The translations under genes and the position numbers were made by a program. The notes beneath the pieces were generated by a model. It saw only the letters and a program-made list of their open reading frames with translations, did no database searches and was not told the origin of the DNA. Positions 1 to 9,200 of a stretch of 64,000 nucleotides of DNA are shown here, in pieces. Origin of the DNA: Acetatifactor sp. (lineage in GTDB: Bacteria > Bacillota > Clostridia > Lachnospirales > Lachnospiraceae); the NCBI GenBank assembly GCA_018385425.1, contig JAHBAA010000141.1, forward strand, positions 19,576 to 83,575, read 5' to 3'. Every line of letters begins with the position of its first letter. Within the stretch, counting starts at the first letter, position 1.

Positions 1-1510
1 CCTGCGTGAGATGCTCCACTTCGATCTGTTCTTTTCCCTCTAAATCGGCAATTGTTCGTGACACCTTCAAGATACGATGATAGGCTCGCGCACTGAATTT
101 CAGCGTCTTGTATAATTCTTCCATATAGGCTGCCTCCTTCTCGCCCAGATGACAGTAGGTATTGATATCGGCAACCTCGATATCGGCATTGAACCTGCAG
201 TTACTGTCACGGAACCGGACCTTCTGTCTCTCTCTGGCTTCCAGGACCCTCTCTCGAATCGTCAGACTGTTTTCCTCACAGGGCTGTTCGGTCAGCCGGC
301 TCACATCCACTGCCTGCAGCTCCACGCATAGATCGATCCTGTCCAAAATAGGACCGGATACCTTCCCCATATATTTTTTGACCTGGGGTTCCGTACACCT
401 GCAGCGATTCCTGTCCGGATAGTACCCGCAGGGACAGGGGTTCATCGCACAGACCATCATAAAGTCACTGGGATATACAACATTCCCAGCGGTTCTGGAG
501 ACCGTTACCCTTCTCTCCTCCAGAGGCTGTCGGAGAGCGTCCAGTGCGATCCGCTGAAATTCCGGGAGCTCGTCCAAAAACAACACGCCCCGGTGGGCCA
601 GAGAGATCATCCCCGGTCTGGGATTACTTCCTCCGCCGACCAGCGCCGCATGGGATATTGTGTGGTGAGGGTTTCGAAAAGGGCGCTTCACCACCAATCC
701 TCCATTCTCCTCCAACACCCCGGCAACACTCTCTACCGCAGTCACCTCCAGACATTCCTCCAGTGACAGAGGCGGCAAAATGCCCGGGATCCTCTTGGCG
801 ATCATGGATTTTCCGGCACCGGGCGGACCCACCATCAAAAGGTTATGAAACCCCGCTGCAGCGATCTGAGCTGCACGCTTTGCCATCCCCTGTCCCTGTA
901 CCTCTGAGAAATCTAACCCTCCCGGATAATCCTGACCGGACAGCAATTCCTCCGCGGAGAGGGAGAGCGCAGGGAGAATCGTCTCGCGCTGTGCTTCCTC
1001 TGCCACTGACAGATAAGAGAATACCTCCCGGATGTGTGACGTGCCCCTGACATGTATTCCGGGGATCACTGCTCCCTCCCGCTCATTCTCCTTCGGAACG
1101 ATGCATTCTCTTACGCCCATTGCAGCGGCCTGTCTCACGATCGGCAGAACTCCACGCACCCTTTTCACCTCGCCGTTCAGTCCCAATTCCCCGAGAAACA
1201 GTATATTGTCTGTGGCCTTCTCAGGAAAATAGTTCATGGACTCCAGCATTCCGACCGCAATAGGCAGATCAAAGGAGCTGCCCTCCTTCCGTTTGTCAGC
1301 AGGAGAGAGATTTACCGTCACCTTTCTGGGAGGAAGATCAAACCCAACATTTTTCAAGGCAACACTTACACGTTCTCTGGACTCTCTCACCTCAGGTCCC
1401 AGAGACCCAACCATCGTAAAGCCGGGTAACCCGGGAGCAATATCCACCTCCACAGAGACAAGGTAAGCCGATACTCCTACCAGGGCACCCGAAAGAATCG
1501 TACTGTACAT
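1..1510 (-). CDS. comM: YifB/ComM family Mg-chelatase-like AAA+ ATPase (3' end just outside the window; not in the ORF track)
   Basis: Manual translation from ATG 1510 (GGAGG RBS): MYSTILSGALVGVSAYLVSVEVDIAPGLPGFTMVG...RESRERV...VTVNLSPADKRKEGSSFDLPIA. Walker A MVGPPGAGKS (ATG 835) and C-terminal SARAYHRILKVSRTIADL are both in frame with the start. Confidence 0.93.
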   Translation of the reverse strand, partial: MYSTILSGALVGVSAYLVSVEVDIAPGLPGFTMVGSLGPEVRESRERVSVALKNVGFDLPPRKVTVNLSPADKRKEGSSFDLPIAVGMLESMNYFPEKATDNILFLGELGLNGEVKRVRGVLPIVRQAAAMGVRECIVPKENEREGAVIPGIHVRGTSHIREVFSYLSVAEEAQRETILPALSLSAEELLSGQDYPGGLDFSEVQGQGMAKRAAQIAAAGFHNLLMVGPPGAGKSMIAKRIPGILPPLSLEECLEVTAVESVAGVLEENGGLVVKRPFRNPHHTISHAALVGGGSNPRPGMISLAHRGVLFLDELPEFQRIALDALRQPLEERRVTVSRTAGNVVYPSDFMMVCAMNPCPCGYYPDRNRCRCTEPQVKKYMGKVSGPILDRIDLCVELQAVDVSRLTEQPCEENSLTIRERVLEARERQKVRFRDSNCRFNADIEVADINTYCHLGEKEAAYMEELYKTLKFSARAYHRILKVSRTIADLEGKEQIEVEHLTQ

Positions 1511-1637
1511 TCGTACCTCCTTATGAAATTTGTAAAAAGGAATCATTTGAAATAGATGTCTAACGGGACCTTAGGCAGAATGCCGGAAAGAAGGAACCCG
1601 TCAGGCCTGTATCATAAGAAAATGAGACATTACAGAT

Positions 1638-1666
1638 ATTATACACAATTATAAGTAGGAATTCAA
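1638..1666 (-). promoter_or_regulatory. sigma-A type promoter for comM
   Basis: Minus strand TTGAAT-17 nt-TATAAT, about 130 nt upstream of the comM start. Confidence 0.6.
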
Positions 1667-1682
1667 ATATTTTTTATCAATT

Positions 1683-2321
1683 TTAAGAATTATTTTCCAG
1701 AGCAACACGAAGCTTATGCAGCGCCTTTTTTTCGATTCTGGAGACATAGCTTCTGGAGATCTCAAGCATCTGCCCGATTTCATTCTGTGTCATCTCTTTC
1801 TTGCCGACAAGACCGTAGCGATATTCCAGGATCGTTTTCTCCCTGGGCGTCAGGCACTTTTCCAGCAGGTCAAACAGCTTTTTCCTGTTCCTGGCAAATT
1901 CCAGTCTCTCCACCACATCCGTCTGTTCCTGCTCCAGAACATCCAGCAGTTGGATCTCGTTTCCCTCCTTATCCTGACCGATGGGTTCGTAGATGGATAC
2001 CTCTCTGGACTGCTTCTTTTTGCTCCGAAAGAGCATCAGCAGTTCATTGTCAATGCAGCGACAGGCATAGGTGGCAAGTCTCCCCTTACTGCTGTCATAG
2101 GTATCGATTGCCTTCATCAGGCCAATACTTCCGATGGAGATCAGATCATCCATGTCCTCGTCGGAATTTTGATATTTCTTCGCAATATGCGCCACAAGTC
2201 TCATATTTCGCAGGATCAGTATTTCCCTTGCGTATCTGGACTGCTCACTGTCACCTTCCTTTAACAAGCGTAAAATGGCCGCTTCCTCCCCTACTGTCAA
2301 CGGTGTCTGAAAGGTTTTCAA
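1683..2321 (-). CDS. sigK: Sporulation sigma factor SigK, uninterrupted
   Basis: LRNMRLVAHIAKKY, DLISIGSIGLMKAIDT, LATYACRCIDNELLM, EVSIYEPIGQDKEGNEI and SRSYVSRIEKKAL. Probable TTG start at 2321 after GGAGG (MKTFQTPLT). Confidence 0.88.
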   Translation of the reverse strand: MKTFQTPLTVGEEAAILRLLKEGDSEQSRYAREILILRNMRLVAHIAKKYQNSDEDMDDLISIGSIGLMKAIDTYDSSKGRLATYACRCIDNELLMLFRSKKKQSREVSIYEPIGQDKEGNEIQLLDVLEQEQTDVVERLEFARNRKKLFDLLEKCLTPREKTILEYRYGLVGKKEMTQNEIGQMLEISRSYVSRIEKKALHKLRVALENNS

Positions 2322-2350
2322 GTGTTCCTCCCGCAAATCACTCTTAACAA

Positions 2351-2380
2351 TAGTCTATGAAGGAAGAAAGGTGTCGGTGC
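2351..2380 (-). promoter_or_regulatory. sigma-K/sigma-E type promoter for sigK
   Basis: Minus strand GCACC-16 nt-CATAGACTA matches the AC-N16-CATA---TA mother-cell consensus. Confidence 0.5.
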
Positions 2381-2386
2381 CTGTCA

Positions 2387-3535
2387 TCAAAATATAAACT
2401 GCGCCATCACATAATTGCTCAAACTCAGTCCCTTCTCCGTCAGACAAAGTCTCTCCCCGTCGTCAGTATACCGCAGCAGTCCATCCCGAATATTTGCGTT
2501 GATCACATCTCCATACACCTTCTCTACTGTGGTTTTAAAGCGAGTCTGAAATGCCGCTCTGTCCACTCCTGCTGTCAGTCGAAGCCCCAGAAACATCGTT
2601 TCCTCCATCTGCTGTTCTATGGTCAGTTCCTCCCGATCTGCCTCTCTTCCGGAGGGATCCTCCAGATAGCCTGCCAGATCGGCATCATTGCGGAAGCGTA
2701 CCTCCCCCACCAGGGAAGCCGCCCCGATTCCGAATCCGACGTAGTCTGTCCGCGTCCAATAGCCCACATTATGTCTGCACGCAAAGCCGGGAAGTGCATA
2801 GTTTGATATTTCATATCGATGATACCCGTGATCTTCCAGGATTCGTCCGGTCTCCTCATACATGGCGCGATCTGTCTCCTCATCCGGTAAAACAAGCTCT
2901 CCCCGTTCATATCGGTCCATGAGCACCGTTCCCTCCTCCAAAATAAGGCTGTAGGCCGAAATATGCACCGGTGGTTTCGGAAGGGATATCAGTTTCTTTA
3001 AGGTGGTCACATAACTTGCGAGGGACTGCCCGGGCAAAGCACTCATGATATCCACATTGATATTCTCAAAGCCGGCATCCAGCGCCCACCCATAGGTATC
3101 CAGAAACTGACCGTAGGTATGAATTCTCCCGATTTGCCTCAGTTCCCCGTCATCTGCGGACTGCAGACCGATACTCAGCCTGTTGAAGCCTGCCTTTCTA
3201 TATTCCTTAAGTTTTTCCAATGTAACGGTACCGGGGTTGACCTCTATGGTGATCTCCGCATCCTCCCGAAGGACAAAGCACTCTCTCACGGTGGAGAGCA
3301 ATGCAGCCATATCCCTTTCTGATACCACGGAAGGGGTGCCTCCTCCCACAAAGACAGATACTACCTGATAGTCCGTATAGTTTCCGGCCTTCTCCCTCAC
3401 CTCACGAAATAAGGCATCCATATAGGATGCCTTAGTCTTCTCGTCACCGGAGAAGGAAAGGAAATCACAATAATTGCATTTTCTCACACAAAATGGGATG
3501 TGAAAGTACAATTCCAGATTTCTTTTTCCACTCAT
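2387..3535 (-). CDS. hemW: Radical SAM heme chaperone HemW (HemN-like)
   Basis: HIPFCVRKCNYCDF (CxxxCxxC), GGGTPS, NRLSIGLQS and YEISNYA; position downstream of lepA. Confidence 0.92.
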   Translation of the reverse strand: MSGKRNLELYFHIPFCVRKCNYCDFLSFSGDEKTKASYMDALFREVREKAGNYTDYQVVSVFVGGGTPSVVSERDMAALLSTVRECFVLREDAEITIEVNPGTVTLEKLKEYRKAGFNRLSIGLQSADDGELRQIGRIHTYGQFLDTYGWALDAGFENINVDIMSALPGQSLASYVTTLKKLISLPKPPVHISAYSLILEEGTVLMDRYERGELVLPDEETDRAMYEETGRILEDHGYHRYEISNYALPGFACRHNVGYWTRTDYVGFGIGAASLVGEVRFRNDADLAGYLEDPSGREADREELTIEQQMEETMFLGLRLTAGVDRAAFQTRFKTTVEKVYGDVINANIRDGLLRYTDDGERLCLTEKGLSLSNYVMAQFIF

Positions 3536-3552
3536 CTCGCTCGCCTTTTCTC

Positions 3553-5367
3553 TTATTTGTCATCCAGCTTCAGAACACTCATAAACGCCTTCTGAGGGAT
3601 CTCCACGTTTCCTACCTGGCGCATTCGCTTCTTGCCTTCCTTCTGTTTCTCCAAAAGCTTACGCTTACGGGTAATGTCGCCGCCATAGCACTTCGCGAGA
3701 ACATCCTTGCGCATGGCCTTGACTGTCTCACGAGCAATGACCTTGCCGCCCACGGCAGCCTGAATCGGGATCTCAAACAGGTGTCTGGGGATCTCATCCT
3801 TCAGCTTCTCACACATCCTTCTGCCTCTCTCATACGCAGAGTCCGCATGGACGATAAAGGATAACGCATCCACCTCTTCACGGTTGATCAGAATATCCAG
3901 CTTCACCAGCTTCGATGGTTCATACCCTTTGATATCATAATCGAAGGAAGCATAGCCTCGGGATCTGGACTTCAATGCATCAAAGAAATCATAGATGATC
4001 TCATTCAACGGCAGTTCATACTTCAGGAGCGCTCTGGTTCCTTCAATATATTCCATCCCCAGATAACGGCCTCTTCTCTCCTGACACAGTTCCATGATGG
4101 ATCCGATAAATTCACTGGTCACCATGATCTCCGCATTGACAATGGGCTCCTCCATATGCTCGATCTCAGAAGGGTCCGGCAGATTGGAAGGGTTGGTCAG
4201 TTCAATTACCTCACCGTTTGTCTTGTACACCTTATAGACAACACCGGGGGCAGTGGTCACCAGATCCAGATTATATTCTCTCTCCAGTCTCTCCTGAATC
4301 ACCTCCAAGTGAAGCAATCCCAGGAATCCGCAGCGGAATCCGAAGCCCAGAGCCAGAGAGGTCTCCGGTTCATAATTCAGGGAGGCATCATTCAGCTGCA
4401 GCTTCTCCAGTGCATCCCGAAGATCCGGGTACTTCGCACCATCTGCCGGATACATACCGCAATAAACCATGGAGAGAACCTTCTTATAGCCGGGAAGCGG
4501 TTCCGCGCAGGGATTCTCTGCCTCCGTCACGGTATCACCTACTGCAGTATCCTTTACATTTTTGATGGAGGCGGTAATATAGCCTACCATACCTGCTGAC
4601 AGTTCTTCACATGGAATGAACTGTCCTGCACCGAAATAGCCAACCTCTACTACATTCTCTTCCGCACCCGTTGCCATCATGCGAATCCTGGTTCCCTTCC
4701 GCACGGTTCCCTCCATGATCCTGCAGAAGACGATCACACCCTTATAGGAGTCATACAGAGAATCAAAGATCAATGCCTTCAGGGGAGCCTGGGGATCCCC
4801 CTTTGGTGCGGGGATCTTTGCCACGATCTGTTCCAGAACATCCTCGATACCAATGCCGTTTTTGGCAGAGATCAGCGGAGCATCTGCAGCTTCGATACCG
4901 ATGACATCCTCGATCTCCTCGATCACACGCTGGGGATCCGCACTGGGCAGATCGATCTTGTTGATGACGGGAACCACATCCAGATCGTGGTCCAATGCAA
5001 GATAAACATTTGCCAATGTCTGCGCCTCGATACCCTGTGCTGCGTCCACCACCAGGACCGCTCCGTCGCAGGCAGCCAGGGACCGGCTTACCTCATAGTT
5101 AAAGTCCACATGTCCCGGCGTGTCGATGAGGTTGAAAATATATTCCTCCCCATCCTTAGCCCGGTAGACTGTCCGGACCGCCTGGGCCTTAATCGTGATC
5201 CCGCGCTCACGTTCCAGATCCATATTGTCAAGCACCTGGTTCTGCATCTCCCGGCTGGTGAGCAGCCCGGTCTTCTCGATGATGCGGTCTGCCAGGGTCG
5301 ACTTGCCGTGGTCGATGTGTGCCACGATACTGAAATTACGTATTTTACTCTGATCAATCATTGCCAT
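3553..5367 (-). CDS. lepA: Elongation factor 4
   Basis: [30 protein letters not shown] and [24 protein letters not shown]. Confidence 0.99.
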   Translation of the reverse strand: MAMIDQSKIRNFSIVAHIDHGKSTLADRIIEKTGLLTSREMQNQVLDNMDLERERGITIKAQAVRTVYRAKDGEEYIFNLIDTPGHVDFNYEVSRSLAACDGAVLVVDAAQGIEAQTLANVYLALDHDLDVVPVINKIDLPSADPQRVIEEIEDVIGIEAADAPLISAKNGIGIEDVLEQIVAKIPAPKGDPQAPLKALIFDSLYDSYKGVIVFCRIMEGTVRKGTRIRMMATGAEENVVEVGYFGAGQFIPCEELSAGMVGYITASIKNVKDTAVGDTVTEAENPCAEPLPGYKKVLSMVYCGMYPADGAKYPDLRDALEKLQLNDASLNYEPETSLALGFGFRCGFLGLLHLEVIQERLEREYNLDLVTTAPGVVYKVYKTNGEVIELTNPSNLPDPSEIEHMEEPIVNAEIMVTSEFIGSIMELCQERRGRYLGMEYIEGTRALLKYELPLNEIIYDFFDALKSRSRGYASFDYDIKGYEPSKLVKLDILINREEVDALSFIVHADSAYERGRRMCEKLKDEIPRHLFEIPIQAAVGGKVIARETVKAMRKDVLAKCYGGDITRKRKLLEKQKEGKKRMRQVGNVEIPQKAFMSVLKLDDK

Positions 5368-5445
5368 TGGAGTTTTTTCCTCTTCTTCACCTTAATAGTG
5401 CTATTATAACAGAAGTCTCCAAGTTTGAAAACAATGATTTTTCCG

Positions 5446-6696
5446 TCAAGCCTCCCCTGTCAGCACCAAATATAACAGGTGACCGAGAACATCACAGGCA
5501 TTCATGATCTCCTCCACTGTATTGTTCTGAGCACCCAATTCTATCAACAGATACTTATCCATCAGATGCATATTGTAACGGTAGCTCTTCAGATAGATCT
5601 TTCTTGTCACGCCCGGATAATACTCATTTGCCGCCTTCTGCATCTGAAAGGAAAATGCCAGATTGCTCTCCAGGTTCTCATTCTTCAGATAAGTGATGGG
5701 ACCCGTCTTCCTGTTGTAGGACAGCCCGTTAAAAAACATAAATTTTGCGGTAGGCCTCCCATCTATCTCGATCACCTGGTGTTTTTCCTCCGGCATAGAG
5801 TCCCGATGGAGGTCGATCACTACCTGGATAGACGGGTTGTCTGCAAGCAACTGCTCGATAGAGCCCTTGGCATTGGAGTACGCTTTGTTCCGGTCGGGCA
5901 GATCGTAGCACTGTGTGTGATGCAGCACTTGAAATCCATAGGTCTCCTCCAGGACTTTCTTTAATCGTTCTCCTGCTCCGACTATGGTCGTCGAACTGTC
6001 TTCCGGATTCGAATCTGCAAAGGCCTCCTGCGAATGCGTGTGATAGATCAGTATCTGCGGTCCTGCAACATTTCTCTCGATGGTCATATCCTTTTCCAGA
6101 AACTTCTGCGCATTTATCAGGCTTTCCTCTGCCTTTGTGGTAGAATCCACCGTGTAAAACTGCTTCAACAGTGTATCATATTCGGTGATCGTCCCCGGAT
6201 CGATCTGTAGCTGTCTTTCATGCGGCAGGAAAGATTTTTCAGGAGTCACCGGCAAAATCGTTTCCTGAATAGGTTCCTCACCGGCCGGTTTCTGTTCCTC
6301 CTCTTCTTCCGGACTGTCTCCCCGCAGGATCGACTCCTCCCGGATCTGATCGTCCTCCTGCACAGGAGAATGCTCTCCTGACAGCTCCTCGCTGGCTTCC
6401 TCCCACAGAATTCTTCGAACGGCAACCTCTCTCTGTTCCTGACGATAATGCTCCGCTGCATACTCATATACCGGCAGCAGCGCATAGATCTGTCTCTCGG
6501 TAAACCTGCTTTCGGAGCTTTCCTCCCCGGAAGCCAACCGGACTGTGGGCACATATAATTGCTCCAGTGATTTCACCAGAGAGACACACACCGTTTGAAA
6601 GAGCAGTTGTAGACTGCCGCTTTTTCCAGGCGAATCCACGTATTCCTCATCTGTGCGGCTGCAGCTGACAAGCAAACCTTGTACCACTAAAAACAA
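5446..6696 (-). CDS. spoIIP: Stage II sporulation protein P (true start uncertain, see findings)
   Basis: PQILIYHTHSQEAF, VIDLHRD, RYNMHL and LLIELG; canonical gpr-spoIIP-lepA order. Confidence 0.88.
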   Translation of the reverse strand: MFLVVQGLLVSCSRTDEEYVDSPGKSGSLQLLFQTVCVSLVKSLEQLYVPTVRLASGEESSESRFTERQIYALLPVYEYAAEHYRQEQREVAVRRILWEEASEELSGEHSPVQEDDQIREESILRGDSPEEEEEQKPAGEEPIQETILPVTPEKSFLPHERQLQIDPGTITEYDTLLKQFYTVDSTTKAEESLINAQKFLEKDMTIERNVAGPQILIYHTHSQEAFADSNPEDSSTTIVGAGERLKKVLEETYGFQVLHHTQCYDLPDRNKAYSNAKGSIEQLLADNPSIQVVIDLHRDSMPEEKHQVIEIDGRPTAKFMFFNGLSYNRKTGPITYLKNENLESNLAFSFQMQKAANEYYPGVTRKIYLKSYRYNMHLMDKYLLIELGAQNNTVEEIMNACDVLGHLLYLVLTGEA

Positions 6697-6801
6697 TAGA
6701 AGAAGGCACAGACATTTCTCGAAAAAACCACCGGAACGGATAAATGGTCTGACGGCATATCCCTCCCCATCTTTTCTCTTGACAATGTATGCGGGAGGAA
6801 C

Positions 6802-7719
6802 TTATTCCATACTTTGTTCCATTGCAATATTGATGCCCTCCGATATGGTAAAACTGATCCTCTTAATGATTTCATCCACATCCTTACCGGTCATATACAT
6901 ATTGTTCAATTCCGGGAAAATGCGAGAGGAACTGCCAAACAGCTTCGCCGTTTCGCCAAATTCCTCGTCAGCCAACGCCTTCTCCAATGCATCTGACACG
7001 ATGGTAGCAGCATCTACTACGGTTGGGATTCCGATTGCCACCACAGGCACTCCCAGACTTTCCCTGGTCAGTGCATTCCTATGATTTCCAACCCCGGATC
7101 CGGGCTGAATGCCTGTATTTGTGATCTGAATCGTTCTGTTCAAGCGCTTCACGCTTCTTGCCGCCAGAGCGTCGATAACGATAAGTGCATCGGGGTGGGT
7201 CTCCTCCACTACACCGCGCACGATTTCCGCCGTCTCCATCCCTGTCTTTGCCATCACCCCCGGCTCCAAGGCGCTTAATACATTCATACGAGAGCAGTTA
7301 TAGGCCGCCACGCCGTATTCCTTCACAATATGCCTTGTGATACAGAGATTATCCACTGCCTGAGGCCCAAGCGCATCCGCCGTCACCATGCGATTTCCCA
7401 GCCCGATCACCAACACGTTCAATTCTTTCTCCTGCGGAAGAAGTTTTCGCAGTTCCTCTGCCAGACAGATCGATATATCCCGATGATAATCTTCATCTGC
7501 CTCCACAAGAGTCGGAGCCTCAATGGTCACGTAGATTCCCATGGGCTTTCCCATGGCTTTGGCTGCATTTTTGGATTCCACGGACACTCTTGTGACGAGC
7601 GCTCCCTCCGAGTCAAGACGATATTCATCCACCCGGACTCCCCGCAGCTGCTCTTCCTCCTGACTGATACTCTCTTTCGCCTCCAAGGCCAAATCTGTTC
7701 TCACCTGAATATGACTCAT
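6802..7719 (-). CDS. gpr: GPR germination endopeptidase
   Basis: VRTDLALEA, GLGNRMVTADALGP, IDALAARS, GSGVGNHR and IGIPTVVDA; start placed at ATG 7719 after GAGGTG. Confidence 0.95.
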   Translation of the reverse strand: MSHIQVRTDLALEAKESISQEEEQLRGVRVDEYRLDSEGALVTRVSVESKNAAKAMGKPMGIYVTIEAPTLVEADEDYHRDISICLAEELRKLLPQEKELNVLVIGLGNRMVTADALGPQAVDNLCITRHIVKEYGVAAYNCSRMNVLSALEPGVMAKTGMETAEIVRGVVEETHPDALIVIDALAARSVKRLNRTIQITNTGIQPGSGVGNHRNALTRESLGVPVVAIGIPTVVDAATIVSDALEKALADEEFGETAKLFGSSSRIFPELNNMYMTGKDVDEIIKRISFTISEGINIAMEQSME

Positions 7720-7787
7720 ACACACCTCATGCAAATGAATAACCAAATTTTTTCACTATTTTTTGTAGAAACTCACAAAATTATGTA

Positions 7788-7816
7788 TTGACAAATTCAC
7801 CATTATTTACTAAAAT
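7788..7816 (+). promoter_or_regulatory. sigma-A promoter of rpsT
   Basis: TTGACA-17 nt-TAAAAT. Confidence 0.8.
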
Positions 7817-7910
7817 ACCATTGTATGTTTGCGTTAGTCCCCCGTGTCTGGCTAAGGTCAAACGATTACAAATTCACATTTTTTAGTATATAAACTGGAG
7901 GTATACGACT

Positions 7911-8174
7911 TTGGCTAACATTAAATCTGCAAAGAAGAGAATTTTAGTAAACCGCACAAAGGCTGACAGAAACAAGGCTATCAGATCTTCTGTGAAGACC
8001 GCTATGAAGAAAGTATTCGCTGCTGTTGAGGCCGGCGACAAGGCTGCTGCAGCTGCAGAGCTTGCAAACGCTACCAAGACTGTTGAGATGGCAGGTTCTA
8101 AGGGTGTTTACCATAAGAACAACGTTGCTCGTAAGGTTTCCCGTATGAGCAAGGCTGTGAACGAGATGGCTTAA
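7911..8174 (+). CDS. rpsT: 30S ribosomal protein S20
   Basis: MANIKSAKKRI...YHKNNVARKVSRM; TTG start after GGAGG. Confidence 0.98.
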   Translation: MANIKSAKKRILVNRTKADRNKAIRSSVKTAMKKVFAAVEAGDKAAAAAELANATKTVEMAGSKGVYHKNNVARKVSRMSKAVNEMA

Positions 8175-8202
8175 TTCCCAAGTATCCTATATAAGAACGA
8201 TC

Positions 8203-8236
8203 AAAAGCATCCATACCGTCATGTGGATGCTTTTTT
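8203..8236 (+). terminator. Intrinsic terminator after rpsT
   Basis: AAAAGCATCCA / TGGATGCTTTT inverted repeat followed by a T run. Confidence 0.8.
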
Positions 8237-8308
8237 CATGCCCATACATTCACAAAGGGGCCCCTCTCCTGTCCGGGAAAAGGGCCCTTTGTTTGAAAAT
8301 ATATGTAG

Positions 8309-9187
8309 TTAGTGTCTGTGTCCGCCGCCGCCGTGATGCGCACCGCCGCTGCTTATATGGCCTCCTCCGCCTCCTCCGCTGCGTCCGCCGCTGCTGGAAG
8401 TCTGGATGATGCGCTTTGTCACATTCTTGTGCAGCAGGTTATCTCTTCCGGTATTGTTGGCAGGCTTGCCTCCCACCACATATTGCTTGACTGCCACGGT
8501 GTTCGCCGCTGCATTCTTCTTCGCATGGGAGCTGTAGTACACCCAGGTAAACAGAGCAGCAGCCACCAGTGCAATGAGATAATAGAATCCGGGCACTCCG
8601 CCCCCCATCTTACGGCATACACCGTCGATGTAAGCCTTGTAAGCCTTGTAGGGATTGCTGTCATAATATTCATCCACATCATAGAGAATACTGTCTACCT
8701 CTGCGGAGCTCAACGCCTCATAGACACTGCCGCTGGTAGACAGCCATTCCCCTCTCTGGCCCGGATATCTGCAATCAGCCAGCAGGGAGCCGTCTCCCTC
8801 AAAGCCTTTGTTATAGCCGTATTGCCTCTGATCCCAGAAATCATCTGCCTTGTTCATGATCAGACGATTCCACTCGCTGTCCGAGAGAGAAGACTTATCG
8901 GACAGGGGCTCATCAAAGGTCCAAACAACAAAATCTATATGATATTTGGCTTCCTTCTCGGCAATATAATCCCGCAGAGACTGCTCTTCCTCGTCTGTCA
9001 AAAGATTGGCCTCATCGTACACTCTCTCCGAAGGAGCGGCTGTGTTTGCTCTGGGCGCCTGCATGATCCTGTAATGTCTGATGCCCGCTGCCGCCGTGGC
9101 AATGAGAAGCACAAACACGATCAGAAACCATATGCTGAAATATTTGAAGTACCCTTTTCGGGCCTCCTTCTGAAAATCGAAATCCAT
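8309..9187 (-). CDS. TPM-domain membrane protein with Gly/Ser/His-rich tail
   Basis: N-terminal TM, RVYDEANLLTDEEEQSL (typical TPM start), second TM, and tail SSSGGRSGGGGGGHISSGGAHHGGGGHRH. Confidence 0.75.
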   Translation of the reverse strand: MDFDFQKEARKGYFKYFSIWFLIVFVLLIATAAAGIRHYRIMQAPRANTAAPSERVYDEANLLTDEEEQSLRDYIAEKEAKYHIDFVVWTFDEPLSDKSSLSDSEWNRLIMNKADDFWDQRQYGYNKGFEGDGSLLADCRYPGQRGEWLSTSGSVYEALSSAEVDSILYDVDEYYDSNPYKAYKAYIDGVCRKMGGGVPGFYYLIALVAAALFTWVYYSSHAKKNAAANTVAVKQYVVGGKPANNTGRDNLLHKNVTKRIIQTSSSGGRSGGGGGGHISSGGAHHGGGGHRH

Positions 9188-9200
9188 CCTTCCACACCTC

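Noticed and set aside
1-1510. Mobile element insertion in comM (a known integration hotspot)
   Set aside because: The N-terminus, Walker A and C-terminal motifs are all in one frame at normal spacing (about 503 codons), so there is no interruption.
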